A model generated the notes under the pieces. That model searched no databases, was not told the DNA's origin, and was given only the letters and a program-made list of their open reading frames with translations. A program made the position numbers and the translations under genes. From the NCBI GenBank assembly GCA_030141605.1, contig JAQGDQ010000680.1:49885-113884 (forward strand): a stretch of DNA of 64,000 nt, read 5' to 3'. Below are positions 13,501-24,000 of this stretch, piece after piece. This DNA is from Tubiluchus corallicola (lineage: Eukaryota; Animalia; Priapulida). Position 1 is the first letter of the stretch, and each line of letters opens with the position of its first letter.

Positions 13501-16500
13501 CAGGCTAATTAGTAATTACAAGTTATTTACATATAAACTTGTGAAATGGCAAAAGTAAACCAGAAAATGCACAAGCTACTTTTAAACCTAACGTGTTGAT
13601 AAGTTTTGCTTTTCGGATGGTTTACAAAACAAACAATAGCCTACTCATTACACAAGTAATAAATAAAAATCAGACAGTTTACAATACTAAAACTGTCGAT
13701 TGATAAAATATGTTTAGCACCTTTATCTAATGTTTTTCGTAAAACCTGCACACTCTGGCTCAACTGTAGCGTGATATTATATCGTCAGGTTAGTATCATG
13801 ATAAGTATCGTATGTGTATCGTATGATATGTATTGTATGACCTAGGTGTTTCATTACAGCCCATTGACAATAAAGTTGCCTTTTATAAGTAAAAAATAAC
13901 AAATACAATATAAATCAGGTGAAAACACAGAAAGATGTAGTTCCCCACAGTGCCTACTAGAGAGCTGGCCCTGCCGACAGCCCACCGTTTAAGACACTAG
14001 TTGTCACACCTTGCAGACGAACTCCTGATCACTAGGTGAAGCAGGTCGCAATCCAAAAGAATGTTTAGTTCCATCTCCCCAATTGGTCAACTGTTTCTGC
14101 GTGTCGATTGACATCATAAGAGCTTTCCTTAAAAGTAATTTTCGCTAATGTATAATTACTAAATGCATAATGACATGCAGCTATTAAAGAGCTGATTTGC
14201 TTGTTTTAAATAATACATTTTCAATTTTTTTGTGAAATCTTTTTGAAAAAACAAATTTCCTAAGGGGCAGCTAGCTAAATATATGCTTTCTACTAATGTA
14301 TATGTTGACTCAGTCAAAATGGCCAGCATGCATGCAATCTGAAGAACACGTTAAATTCTGTTTCTTTAGTCACAGTGAAATTACTTAGAATAATTTTTGT
14401 ATACAACTCAGCTTTCAAAGGCAGGACCTCCTACTTAAATTAGATGGTCAAGGTGAGGCCGGAACCTGTAGATGAGATAATGTGCCTGGCAAAGTTATCT
14501 CGGCTACATCTGGATGCACATGCATCCTCCCTTCTGGACAAGGTAAACAGCCAGAGTCGGCATGATTCAGAGCAAGAATCGATGCACTCATTCATCCACT
14601 GACCAGCATTGGCACCATTCTTAGCTTTGGTCATTAAGCATGATGCCACGATCACCAAGTTGTACACTTAGGTTCTGTGCACCACAAGGAAATTACAATA
14701 GATATTTCATAGGAAAGGGTACGTGACATTTGAGCACAGCCATTTGGGCATGCGATATATGGGCATGGCACACTTGGGTACAGAACATTTGGGCATGGGG
14801 TACATGGGCATGGCACACTTGGGTACAGAACATTTGGGCAGAAAACCCAGTCAGCTGAGTCAGCAAACCCAGTAAATCCAAATAACTAAAACCAGTCAAT
14901 TAACTGCACTTTCCAGTTTTCACTATATAAGAATTCAGTTTTTAGCATGTAACTTTTAAAATAAATGAAGTAGAAGACACGGTAAATTTTCATTGGCATT
15001 TTATCAAAATATGACAGAATTTTGTTTCAAAAACATCTGCTGCATCACAAAAAAGCAAATAACAGAAATGTGCACTACAAAAATGTGTTCATACCAAAAT
15101 TTAGTGTCAGTACAACTAGTGCAGCAATCTAACCAGTATATCTATTGTCAGCGAAACTTTTGGTAGAGCCAGGTTTATAAGATTATTACTTCAAGTAATT
15201 ATAAAGACATTTATTAAACCATTACCGCCTGACATCAATCTGCAATATGCACAATCCTTTTATCTTGTTAACATGCTCGCACATGCCAACAGCATGGTAC
15301 ATTCTATCACAATACTATATTAATTGAACGCTTGGTGTGGTTTAGAAGAAAGCGACCTAAAATGCGTTGTTTAGATCATTGGTCGCTTATAACTAGCTAG
15401 ATCAGTTAGTAAGCCAATTAAATGATATATGCTTAACAATGCCATGATCAACAATAATTTTAAGCATTTTTGCTGTATCTCTTCTGAAATGCATGATTAT
15501 ATGATGCATCCAGCCTGTAGCGGATAGCCCTATAGGCTGAAGCCTAAGGCCCGGGATCAAAAGGGGTCCGGCAAAATAAAACGAAAAATTTTTTTTTGTA
15601 AGAAAAAATAAATTGACAAAAGAGCAAGGGGCCCGCCAAAATAAAATATAGAAAAAAGTTTTTTTCTCAAAAGTCAGTCACTATATTTCAAATCGGGTTT
15701 ACACAAATCAAGTTTACACAATTTAAGTTTACACAATTTAAGTTTACACAATTCACGTTTACACAGTTTAAGTTTAAGTTCAAAATTTCAGTTTCTGAAT
15801 TTTTCTGGGGGCAAAGTCAGTTATAATTTCTGAAAAGTCCATTTTTTTCAACATATCTGACTCAACATGCATCAGTGATAAATTGTTTAATTTGTCATCC
15901 TTTAGAGATGACCGTAAAAAAGTTTTTATCCTTTTCAGAGCAGAGAATGATCGTTCCCCACTGCAGTTTGAAACCATCATACACAAGTACATTCTAACAC
16001 ATATGTAAACATTTGGGAACAGTGACAGAAGGTTATTGGAAACAATTTGCAGATACATCTGTAGTTCAATGCTGCCGTTGCAAGTTTGGTCACATTTCTG
16101 GATAAACGACTGGAAGTGTACTAACTCTTCTACAAAAGATGTCTCTAAATCATTAGGATACGTGTCCAAAAGATTTCGAGCAGCTTGGCACAATCGGTGG
16201 GCAAAAACTCACAAAATTAAACAAACTTACAAACGACGAGAACTCCACAAAAACACGTCAGCTCAGCAGTGTAGCCACATTTAAAAGGCCCGTTCCAAGC
16301 TCAAGCCTAAGGCCCATAAAATCATAATCCGCCGCTGCATCCAGCAATAGGTTTTTACACACGCGATATATAGTTGTTTCCAGTTTTACACAATCATACT
16401 CACGAAAATAATAATATTATTAATTTTCTTAAAAAAACTTTAGATGTTTTAAAGTTACATGACAAGGATTCCCATAATAATTTTAGCGTACTGGGCAGAG

Positions 16501-19500
16501 TGATTTGTAGTGCAAAATCGGAATAGTGTATTCTTGAGTGGTCGAGTCATGTAGGACGTAACTTGCGCATCACAACTGGTACCAAAATGTCTCGCACCCA
16601 AGTGGGCCGGCATCCAAGTGTATGGCACCCAAACGGTGATGCCCAGCCTTCCCACGCCCAAATGTTCTGTTCCCATCTGGCACATGTCCAGTTAGCAAAT
16701 CTTTCTGATTTGTTGTAAATGGGATTTCAAAAGCTTTTCTAGTGGGGACAAAGCATTTGGGCGTGGGAAGGCTGGGCATCACGTTCTGATGCTCTGATGC
16801 CCAAGTGGGTTGGCATCCAAGTGTATGTTTGGGTGCCATACACTTGGATGCCAACCCACTTGGGCATGAGACATTTGGGCACCAGAATCGACGCACACTG
16901 CACTTGTGAAAGAAAATAATTCTGGTACTGAATGTAGAAGAAAATAATGAATTTCACAAGAGATGCCATGAAGCTTAATCTTGAAAGTGATAACTAGATA
17001 TTAAGAATTTTTCCCATTAATTCGTGAATACTATCGTGTAATTGACATTAGAAATAAGTAAAACACTCACCATGCATAAAAACCTCTGGTGCTGAACGCA
17101 GGTGGAAATCATGCATTTCACAAGAGATGCTATGAACAAGGGTAATCTTGAAAGTGATAATTAGGTATTGAGAATTTTTTCTCATTTGCTGACCTACTTT
17201 CTTTGAAATAGGCAGCTATTATAAACAACTTAAAGTAAATAACTATGGAAGTTTTTGCTGAATCAATCATTCCATAGTTATTTATAAAGCACACCAAGCG
17301 CTGAATGAATAGTTACATGTTAATGTTATAGGCTATCGTCGGCTCACTTGGAATAAGCATTGTTAATATCGAACAACTAAATCGCACTGTTCATATTACA
17401 GACATGCTTTAATCATTCATTATAAAAACTACACATAGGCTAATCCTGAAGGAGGAGAAAGTGCAGAAACGCAGTTAACTGATTTTAATTGTGTTATTAA
17501 ACATTATGACAGTTAGGAACATAGTGAATTACTAAATATTTTATAAACAAAAATAGCAAAAATTTTAGGTACAATATTACATTCTGTTCGTGCCCAAGTG
17601 TCCCCATGCCCAAATGTCACGTACTCATGCCAGACATCACATGTAATCTTTTACCATAGACAGCATAGTGCTACTTTATGTTACCCTAGTACAAAAGGGA
17701 TAAACAGGGCCTACTATAGAAAAATTTAAGGAACTCACTTGTCATACGGCAGGACTCCATATTTTGTACCAGATGCAGCTGGAGAAAAACTGTTGGCCAA
17801 AATGGAATTCTGGTCACTTTGATTGACCTGCTTCAAAAATAAATATTGAAATTAAAAATAAGTGTTTTTCTTGTCTTTTTATATTAAACTGTGCCTACTA
17901 AAAATAGGAGCCTTAAAATAGAATTTTGAGGCCCTCACTTTTATATTGTAACTTTGACCGCTGAGTAGCCAAAATAATTAGTCGACAATAGTAATTAGCC
18001 TAGTAGACCATAAAGGAAAATTTTGTCCTGTCGTATGGTATCATTATCTACGAAAATGTTTATAGTAGTTGAATAACTCACCACAGGTTCATTTACAATC
18101 GTGCACATTAGTTCTTCTTTTCCTTGCACATAGGTTGCAAAGTAACGAAAGCCTTCGATGCACCCAATGCTAGACAATTCACTTAAAAAAGACTGAAGTT
18201 TCTTCTTCTGGTTTGGAAATTTATCCTTTAAAAAATTATTTGTGGTTTAGCAAAAACTGTTATTTATAGTAATCTTTACCAAGATACAGAATTTTAACTA
18301 GTCTAAAGAGAAAAAAGGCTTTATACCGATTTCCATGTTGGTTTGATGTTCTTTAATGAAGCTTCTAAAAATTATACCAACGCTTTCATATCAGCTACTA
18401 AAAGTTTGTTTTTCATTACTAGTATATGTCACCTAATTCATAGTCATGTAGTGCTCAAAGTTGTTTTTGGTAATTTCTTATTACCGAGTCTTGTAATGTC
18501 ACACACGTACAAAGGTTCAAGCCTCAAAAAAGAAACTGTCACTTGTTCGATCTGAACCTTTGGGAAAGGTGTGAGAATATGGGAGCGTGAAAGTTTGTAA
18601 CGGGCAGGTATCGATAAACCTCTAGATAGCTAATGAGCTAGAGAATAATATGTGTTTTTGCCGAGGTGTTACAAAATTTTTGTTTGGTTACACCAACACT
18701 TCAAATATGTAATTTTATACTTGTTGAATGAGAAAGTCGGGAAAGGTGTGTGAATCCTGCACAGGCACGTACATGTCGTTACTCGTTATATATCTAATGA
18801 CCTATAATAAAGTCACAAGAAAAAGTCACAATTAGTTTTAGCTACAGTTAGGATTAGGGTTATGCTTATTTCTTTTTTCCTGTAATTTTATTCCTGTGAG
18901 CTTTTTCTGTAACTTTTTATCTAGAATCCACCTGGGAGGGGGAGCGATAAACAGCATATTCTTTTGCTGATTTGTTACAAACTTTTCTTTGATTGCACCA
19001 GGTAGCTCTAAATCTGAAGTACAGGGAAATGCAGGAACAAAGATTCTAATGGGCTGCTTGCAATGCTCATAGGCAGGAGGAGTACAAGAGAGGAATATAT
19101 CTTTGCTGGGTGTTACAAAGTTATCTGTAAGAGAAAGTACATTTGAAGGTTTTTCAAATTTTCAATAGTTTGAATGTCAAACTAACTTTAATTTGATTCA
19201 ATGCTGAATAGCGCATTCGAGGCTGAAAATGTTACAAATGTTACACCTTCAAAACACGCTTGGACAAATTTGCACGTACTAGAAATCTCCTATACTAGCA
19301 CCCAAGTTGGCACACGAGGTAGAGCGTTTGCCCAGATAAACTATATAATTGCTCAGCAGACAATAAGATAACAAAAATTATCAGTTGGCTAACATTCACC
19401 ACCAGGTGACACTCACCATTTGGTACAGGTTAATAAAAAAGTGGATTGTAAATGGAAGCACACTATATCAGGTGAGCAAATCAGATGGGAGGCTATTATG

Positions 19501-20032
19501 AATCTTGAAAGTTGATATCAAATATTCAATATTGAATATTAAACCAACTTTAAACGGTTTAGATGCAAATATTGTATATGAGCGAGACAAAGTCGTGGTG
19601 TACGAGCATGTCAAATCAAATATAACTCTATATTTAAATGTTAGTCCTACAGAGTGGGCATAGTGAACACCACAAAATCGTGGAAGTGAACAAATAAACT
19701 TCATCCCTACAAAAAACATTGTGAACATATCGCACTCCACGTAAATTAACTCTGGTAATTTACATTTCATCATCCACGTCAATATCTATCAGATGCAGAT
19801 GCTTCAATCAACACAAACTATCAATAGGAGCTTTTCTTCACACGACAGTAATCTAGTAGCTTGAAATTAAATAAGCCAGTATGCCGGGCTTGTTGTACAA
19901 CTGCAAAACTCTTTGATTAGAATAGAGCACACGCTCACACAAAAATGTTCTGTAGATTCCACTAAACCGCGCTCACAGAGTATAAATTTTCAAATAAACG
20001 TAATTATTCTGAGCGTGTTTACAGCTTACCAT
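7518..20032 (-). CDS. Uncharacterised conserved-looking protein, ~312 aa, 7 coding exons
   Basis: Exons 20032-20030 (ATG|GTAAGC), 18225-18082, 17827-17739, 14127-14010, 12727-12565, 9654-9460, 7744-7518; all GT-AG, phases join without stops (939 nt). Translation: MDKFPNQKKKLQSFLSELSSIGCIEGFRYFATYVQGKEELMCTIVNEPV...RPASPSDQEFVCKDDRSTLFLIAAYIRYGCPYVWLRSNH...DSPLKLKTTSLWKHEDMPLWKILAELVRLCCVLPPTNPLEVDLQYF...VAHDLREVMRIHYQ...SHSYS*. No function recognised. Confidence 0.85.
7830..8582. mobile_element. Degenerate hAT-like MITE
   Basis: CAGGGCCTGGC at left versus GCCAGGAC at right; subterminal AGTAAC/ATTACT motifs. TSD not resolved. Confidence 0.35.
8730..8925. mobile_element. Short pogo/Tigger-like (Tc1/mariner) MITE
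   Basis: ta-CATTCAAACCTCTTTATAC ... GTTATAACGAGGTTTGACTG-tg imperfect TIRs; internal duplication of TGGCATTAGAAAGGAGG. Confidence 0.6.
9720..10250. mobile_element. Foldback-type MITE with subterminal TTTGGACAC / GTGTCCAAA arrays (family copy 1)
   Basis: Left arm has repeated ATTTGGACAC-like units, right arm has the inverse GTGTCCAAAT units; termini TACAGGGGT.. / ..TGTCTGCACACC match the copy at 55552-56840. Confidence 0.7.
10543..11150. mobile_element. Kolobok-like non-autonomous element (family copy 1, right end missing)
   Basis: Starts TAAAGCACAAGAAAACCCTC; colinear with 25839-26355 and 34582-35000 (shared CTTGTAAATTTAA, GAAACAAGTTTAGAT, GAGATTTAAAATG). Confidence 0.65.
11225..11305 (+). 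mobile_element. Small Ty3/Gypsy RNase H fragment
   Basis: Translates QRYIQMEHEALAVVWAVSRFRLY, matching the Gypsy RNase H motif rY...EkEaLAvvwav.kFr.Y. Confidence 0.7.
13055..13863. mobile_element. hAT-type MITE carrying an internal ~164-bp tandem duplication
   Basis: TIRs TAGGCCTGTAA / TTACAGCCCA; 8-bp TSD CTGACAAT (13047-13054) / TTGACAAT (13864-13871); near-identical duplicate blocks at ~13076-13235 and ~13240-13399. Confidence 0.75.
15515..16337 (-). mobile_element. hAT deletion derivative retaining the transposase C-terminal dimerisation domain
   Basis: Perfect 8-bp TSD CATCCAGC (15507-15514, 16338-16345); TIRs CTGTAGCGGAT / ATCCGCCGCTG; ORF 15780-16193(-) has LFPNVYICVRMYLCMMVSNCSGERSFSALKRIKTFLRSSL...LNNLSLMHVES (hAT C-terminal signature); 15-bp GTTTACACAATTTAA tandem at ~15697-15780. 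Confidence 0.92.
16572..16895. repeat. Long inverted repeat (foldback) built of 15-bp CCCAAGTG/CCCAAATG units
   Basis: GATGCCCAGCCTTCCCACGCCCAAATG versus CATTTGGGCGTGGGAAGGCTGGGCATC; GGCATCCAAGTGTATGGCACCCAAA versus TTTGGGTGCCATACACTTGGATGCC. Confidence 0.85.
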
Positions 20033-21055
20033 TATGTTTGTTTACATTACTGTCATAGAAACGCGCGGTACTTGCGATTGCCGCTAGATGTTGCATGCTG
20101 TTGGGAGCCGTTTGGACCACTGCGCCAAGTAGACCACTTGATGCGCTAAAAGTAGTGTCCTACATGGGCAGCCCAAGTAGGACACTAGCGATTTTTATCG
20201 AGAAACTTGCTCTGGCAAAACTTGTTTCCAGTTTATATTACCATTGTTTATAAGTATTGTTATGACATAATAAAGCATAAAACAAAATTTCTTTTAGAAA
20301 TGGATATTCCTTGGCAATTTACAAATGCATTTCTTACAATAATTTCATCATTATGATTAACTCCATTAATATATCATAACATTAAACCTAGTATCTAATG
20401 CTTTAAAGAGAGAAATTCTGCACACGGTTATTACAGAAATAATTGCAAATTTAAAAATGAGACAGATGCTGCTAAGCCTTCACAACACCAAAAAGTAATT
20501 TTTAACATTTAAGAAAAGCAAGGATAATTAGTTTTAATATTATCAGTAGTATTGTAACATGTAGGGCACTGTCCTACATGGCTCGCTAGCCCATGTAGGA
20601 CACATAGATCGCTAGAACGTTTACTTATAAGAAAACAATTATTTGCCCAAGAGGTAGTGAAACGGATCACCTGTTTGTGAAGTGAGACAAAATCAAAAAT
20701 GATATACCTTAAACAAATGTTGAATTCGCAAAAAAGTGGGGTTTTTTCACTTCAACAACATTAATATCGAAACCAAATTTAATATTGTCCGTTCTACCAG
20801 CTCAGAATAAAATTCTTTTATTTTATTAGATGTATAATAAATTATTCAACGTGTATTAACGTTTTTAATTATTATTATTACATAAACAAGCACAACGGAC
20901 GGTGTCAGTACACTTAACGACTGAATTCACGACCTGTCTCTAGTGTCCTACTTGGGCTAGCCCAAGAAGACCAATTGGTCTGGGCTAGCCCAAGAAGACC
21001 AATTGGTCTACTTGGCGCAGTGGTCCAAACGGCTCCCAACACATGCTTTTTCAAC
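20033..21055. promoter_or_regulatory. Head-to-head (bidirectional) promoter region between the uncharacterised gene and ACOT9
   Basis: Divergent predicted ATGs at 20032(-) and 21056(+); short CpG-rich patch at ~20060-20090 (ACGCGCGGTACTTGCGATTGCCGC) in an otherwise CpG-poor background. Confidence 0.65.
20099..21041. mobile_element. Young 943-bp non-autonomous TIR element (TGT...ACA ends, 5-bp TSD; Ginger2/TDD-like by end structure)
   Basis: Perfect 38-bp TIRs TGTTGGGAGCCGTTTGGACCACTGCGCCAAGTAGACCA (20099-20136; inverse 21004-21041); TSD CATGC at 20094-20098 and 21042-21046; no coding capacity. Superfamily is inferred from the ends only. Confidence 0.92.
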
Positions 21056-24000
21056 ATGTCAGCTGTGGCAGTTACGTAGGTTTTCTGGGACTGTAGTTTT
21101 TTAAAAAGCTAAGGAAAACTCTGAACTCACAATTGAGGCCCCATTGACTTTCGCCTTGCGAATCGTGTATCCGATATGGTGAAGTAAAAATATTTCTGTA
21201 TGCCTTGTACGTCAGGGTACACTATAGCCTAGGCTATGGAAATAGTATACTGGCTTACCAAGTTTATGAAGTTAGCATTAGCAAGTACTTATGGCGCTCT
21301 TGGCAAAAAACTTCTGATGGTCTACCCTTTTAATATTTTGTTTCGTGGGTGAAACAACAGATATTGCGCATTTTTTGTATGCCTGAAGTTACAGTTCAAT
21401 GTCTAGTTGCTATAGTATTAGACTGAACCATGTTATGGTTAGGTCTCTTAGACTTTGCAAGCAATCAGTGAAATAATATTATAGCACCAAGTCAGAAGCT
21501 TATTACTTATTTTTCCCGTTACCTTCGTCAATCTAAACGTCTGCAATCAATCGGCCCAGTGAGCCCACCCCTTGTCTAAAATTTAATATGAACAACTGGC
21601 TGTGCCAGACAACATGCAAGCTATAAAAAAAAGGTATTTGGGAGCATAATATTGAAAATGAGGAGCGCTGAAGAGCGATAGAGGGCTAAATTAGTAACAT
21701 GCACCATTCCATATCGAATACTTGATTGCCGAGCGAAAATTAATAGGAAGCCAAATTATTGTAATTGGGTGCCTTAAATTCTGTATTATCTTACTCAATT
21801 AAACTGCGATCTCTCACACTTAATTGTTAAAGTTTTTCAGGTGTTCCCAGTCTTTCCTATGATGTGCATATCTCACAGTTTTGTCTTGCATCTAAATTGT
21901 ATAACTGTGCCTAGTTGTTATGGTGATTTTTGTTTTAATTTGTTTCTTTTGTTGTAATCAAAACAACAAAATTCTTTTTGGGTACTAACAAAATCTTGTT
22001 ACCCAGGCAAAAGTGTAAAATTATAATTGCTTTAATTGTTTAGATTTGATGGTAATCTTTTGCTTTAGTGTCTCTAGTCATCCAACATTGATTGGGCATC
22101 AGAAGGTCAAACTTTTTCTGATGCCCGGTCGACCCAAACATCGACCCTCAAAAATGTAAAATTATGAAAATCGGCAACCAAATTTCCGATCATCATGACA
22201 TATAATAGTGATCTCAGTGCAATTGAAAATGTCACTGAAGAAAAAGATTTAGGTATTATCGTGGACAATAAGCTACAGTTTACAGTGATATACTTGAAAT
22301 ATCCCTGAAGGCACAGCTGATTAATATTAATAAAGCATAACTTCAGATAATTGATCCCTGATATGCTTGTAAGTATCTGTCTCTACAGATCAACAGTAAG
22401 GCCTGTCCTAGACTATGCTGACGTGGCATGGACCCTTCAAGACTCGAGAAATGCCATGACATGAGAGTTTGAAAGCATTCTGTGAAGAGCAAGTAGAATG
22501 ATTCCAGAAATTGCTGAACGGTCCTATCCTGAAAGGTTGCGACAACTTGCAGCTGTTGTAGTTCTAAATAAATAGTGACTTGCGCAACATTTAGGGTATT
22601 GCTTTGTCAGGCGAGAATCTGTAATAGAAAACTGTAGCAATTACAGTACTGTTGGAGGAAATACTCTGAAACATTTTGCCATGGCTCTACAGTGTTCTTG
22701 TTAATGTGTGCTGTTTACAATTGTGTGTAGGAAGTTATTGTTCAATGGCCAGAAAACTCAATTTCAGTTTTCAAAATTATTTCAACAGTTAATGACTGTG
22801 TTTTATATTTTGTGCATGTTATCTTTTGTGATTATATGAATTTGGCTGTTAATGTTTTGCCTGGCTGTGCAGATCAGTTATAATGAAATCTGATTATGTT
22901 TTTTTTGTCTGGAGCATAAGTTTATAATTTACTGATTTTATATAACTGACAAAACTTCTTGGTGGATTTATACAAATTATAAAATGTCATATCTATATTT
23001 TCAGGCGAAGCTGTCGTATATCGAAACATTACTTGCAGGTTTCATTGTGCTGTTCCCCGTTTTTTAATTTTTCAACATCTACAAACTCTTTTTTCCCTTG
23101 TGAAACTGTAGGTGATCCTGGTCATTTAAGTTGTCCAAGCATACAAGATGGTAAGTACCTGCAATCTTAAAAAGTATAGATATGAAGGACGTCTTCACTC
23201 AAATGTGTATCATTTTTTTCATAGTGATTATGATAATTAAAAAAATGTGTATTCCAGTTTAGAACTTCGTGGTCACTGTGGTGCACACAGTAAAAGGCTG
23301 CCTGTAGTGATATGAATCATTGTCATGTAGGTGTATATTGTAAAGCTTAACAAAAGTCATACATGGTATAACTGATATTTCGCTTTGTGCATGAATATCG
23401 TAATATGTACAACACAGCCATGATCTGAAACAGTACCAGAAACTGGCAGTATCTATTTTCATTAGTGGCTGTTTCATTTTTGTAACTGCTGCATGATGTG
23501 TTGGAAACTGACTATCATTGTTTAAAGTTTGCAAAACTGATTAGCTTTTTATTTTTCTGTTTAGCTGTTCTTCATATTAAAAAGTGTTTTTATATTTTTC
23601 AGTACGAAATGAGATGATCAGCATTGTAAGAAAACAATTAAAAGATAGGTGAGTAATCAGTAATATAAATGGGAATTATCATTATGTATTTTGTTCATTT
23701 ATTTTTTATCCTGAGAATGCACATTTTCACCCTGAGAACATAAAATTCTTTTTAGGTAACATGAGACAGCATTTATTTCACTTTGTTTATTGGGTGGCAA
23801 CTTAATTATAATATTTCTATGACCTTTGTGGTCATTATTACTTGCCAAAATTTCATTTATGTAAGCACTTAAAACTGTAGTGACAGCCTTGCCAATTAGT
23901 GAAATGACTGAAAAATATATAAAAAATAAAAATTAAAAATTTTGTTTCACTTGTTTCAGTAAAGTAGTCTGTTTGTTTAAAATAACTGTTACGAAAACTT

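Larger units (their letters stand above)
14717..17625. mobile_element. TIR element with 15-bp subterminal repeats (CATTTGGGCA type), hosting nested insertions
   Basis: Left GGGTACGTGACATTTG followed by 15-mers; right 15-mers in inverse orientation followed by CAAATGTCACGTACTC. TSD not evident. Confidence 0.6.

Noticed and set aside
13959-14034. Alternative coding path RLQGVTTSVLNGGLSAGPAL + YDTRKQVPYYW (13005-12920)
   Set aside because: Phase is incompatible with the upstream exon; the 14127-14010 model joins cleanly.
14720-14845. Regular short repeats resembling a CRISPR array (also 9740-9845, 56690-56800, 57700-57820)
   Set aside because: 15-17-bp degenerate tandem units with no unique spacers and no cas genes, in eukaryotic introns; best explained as subterminal repeats of TIR elements.
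19468-19782. 104-aa minus-strand ORF as first exon of the unknown gene
   Set aside because: Non-ATG start and no protein-like motifs; ATG|GTAAGC at 20032 fits better.
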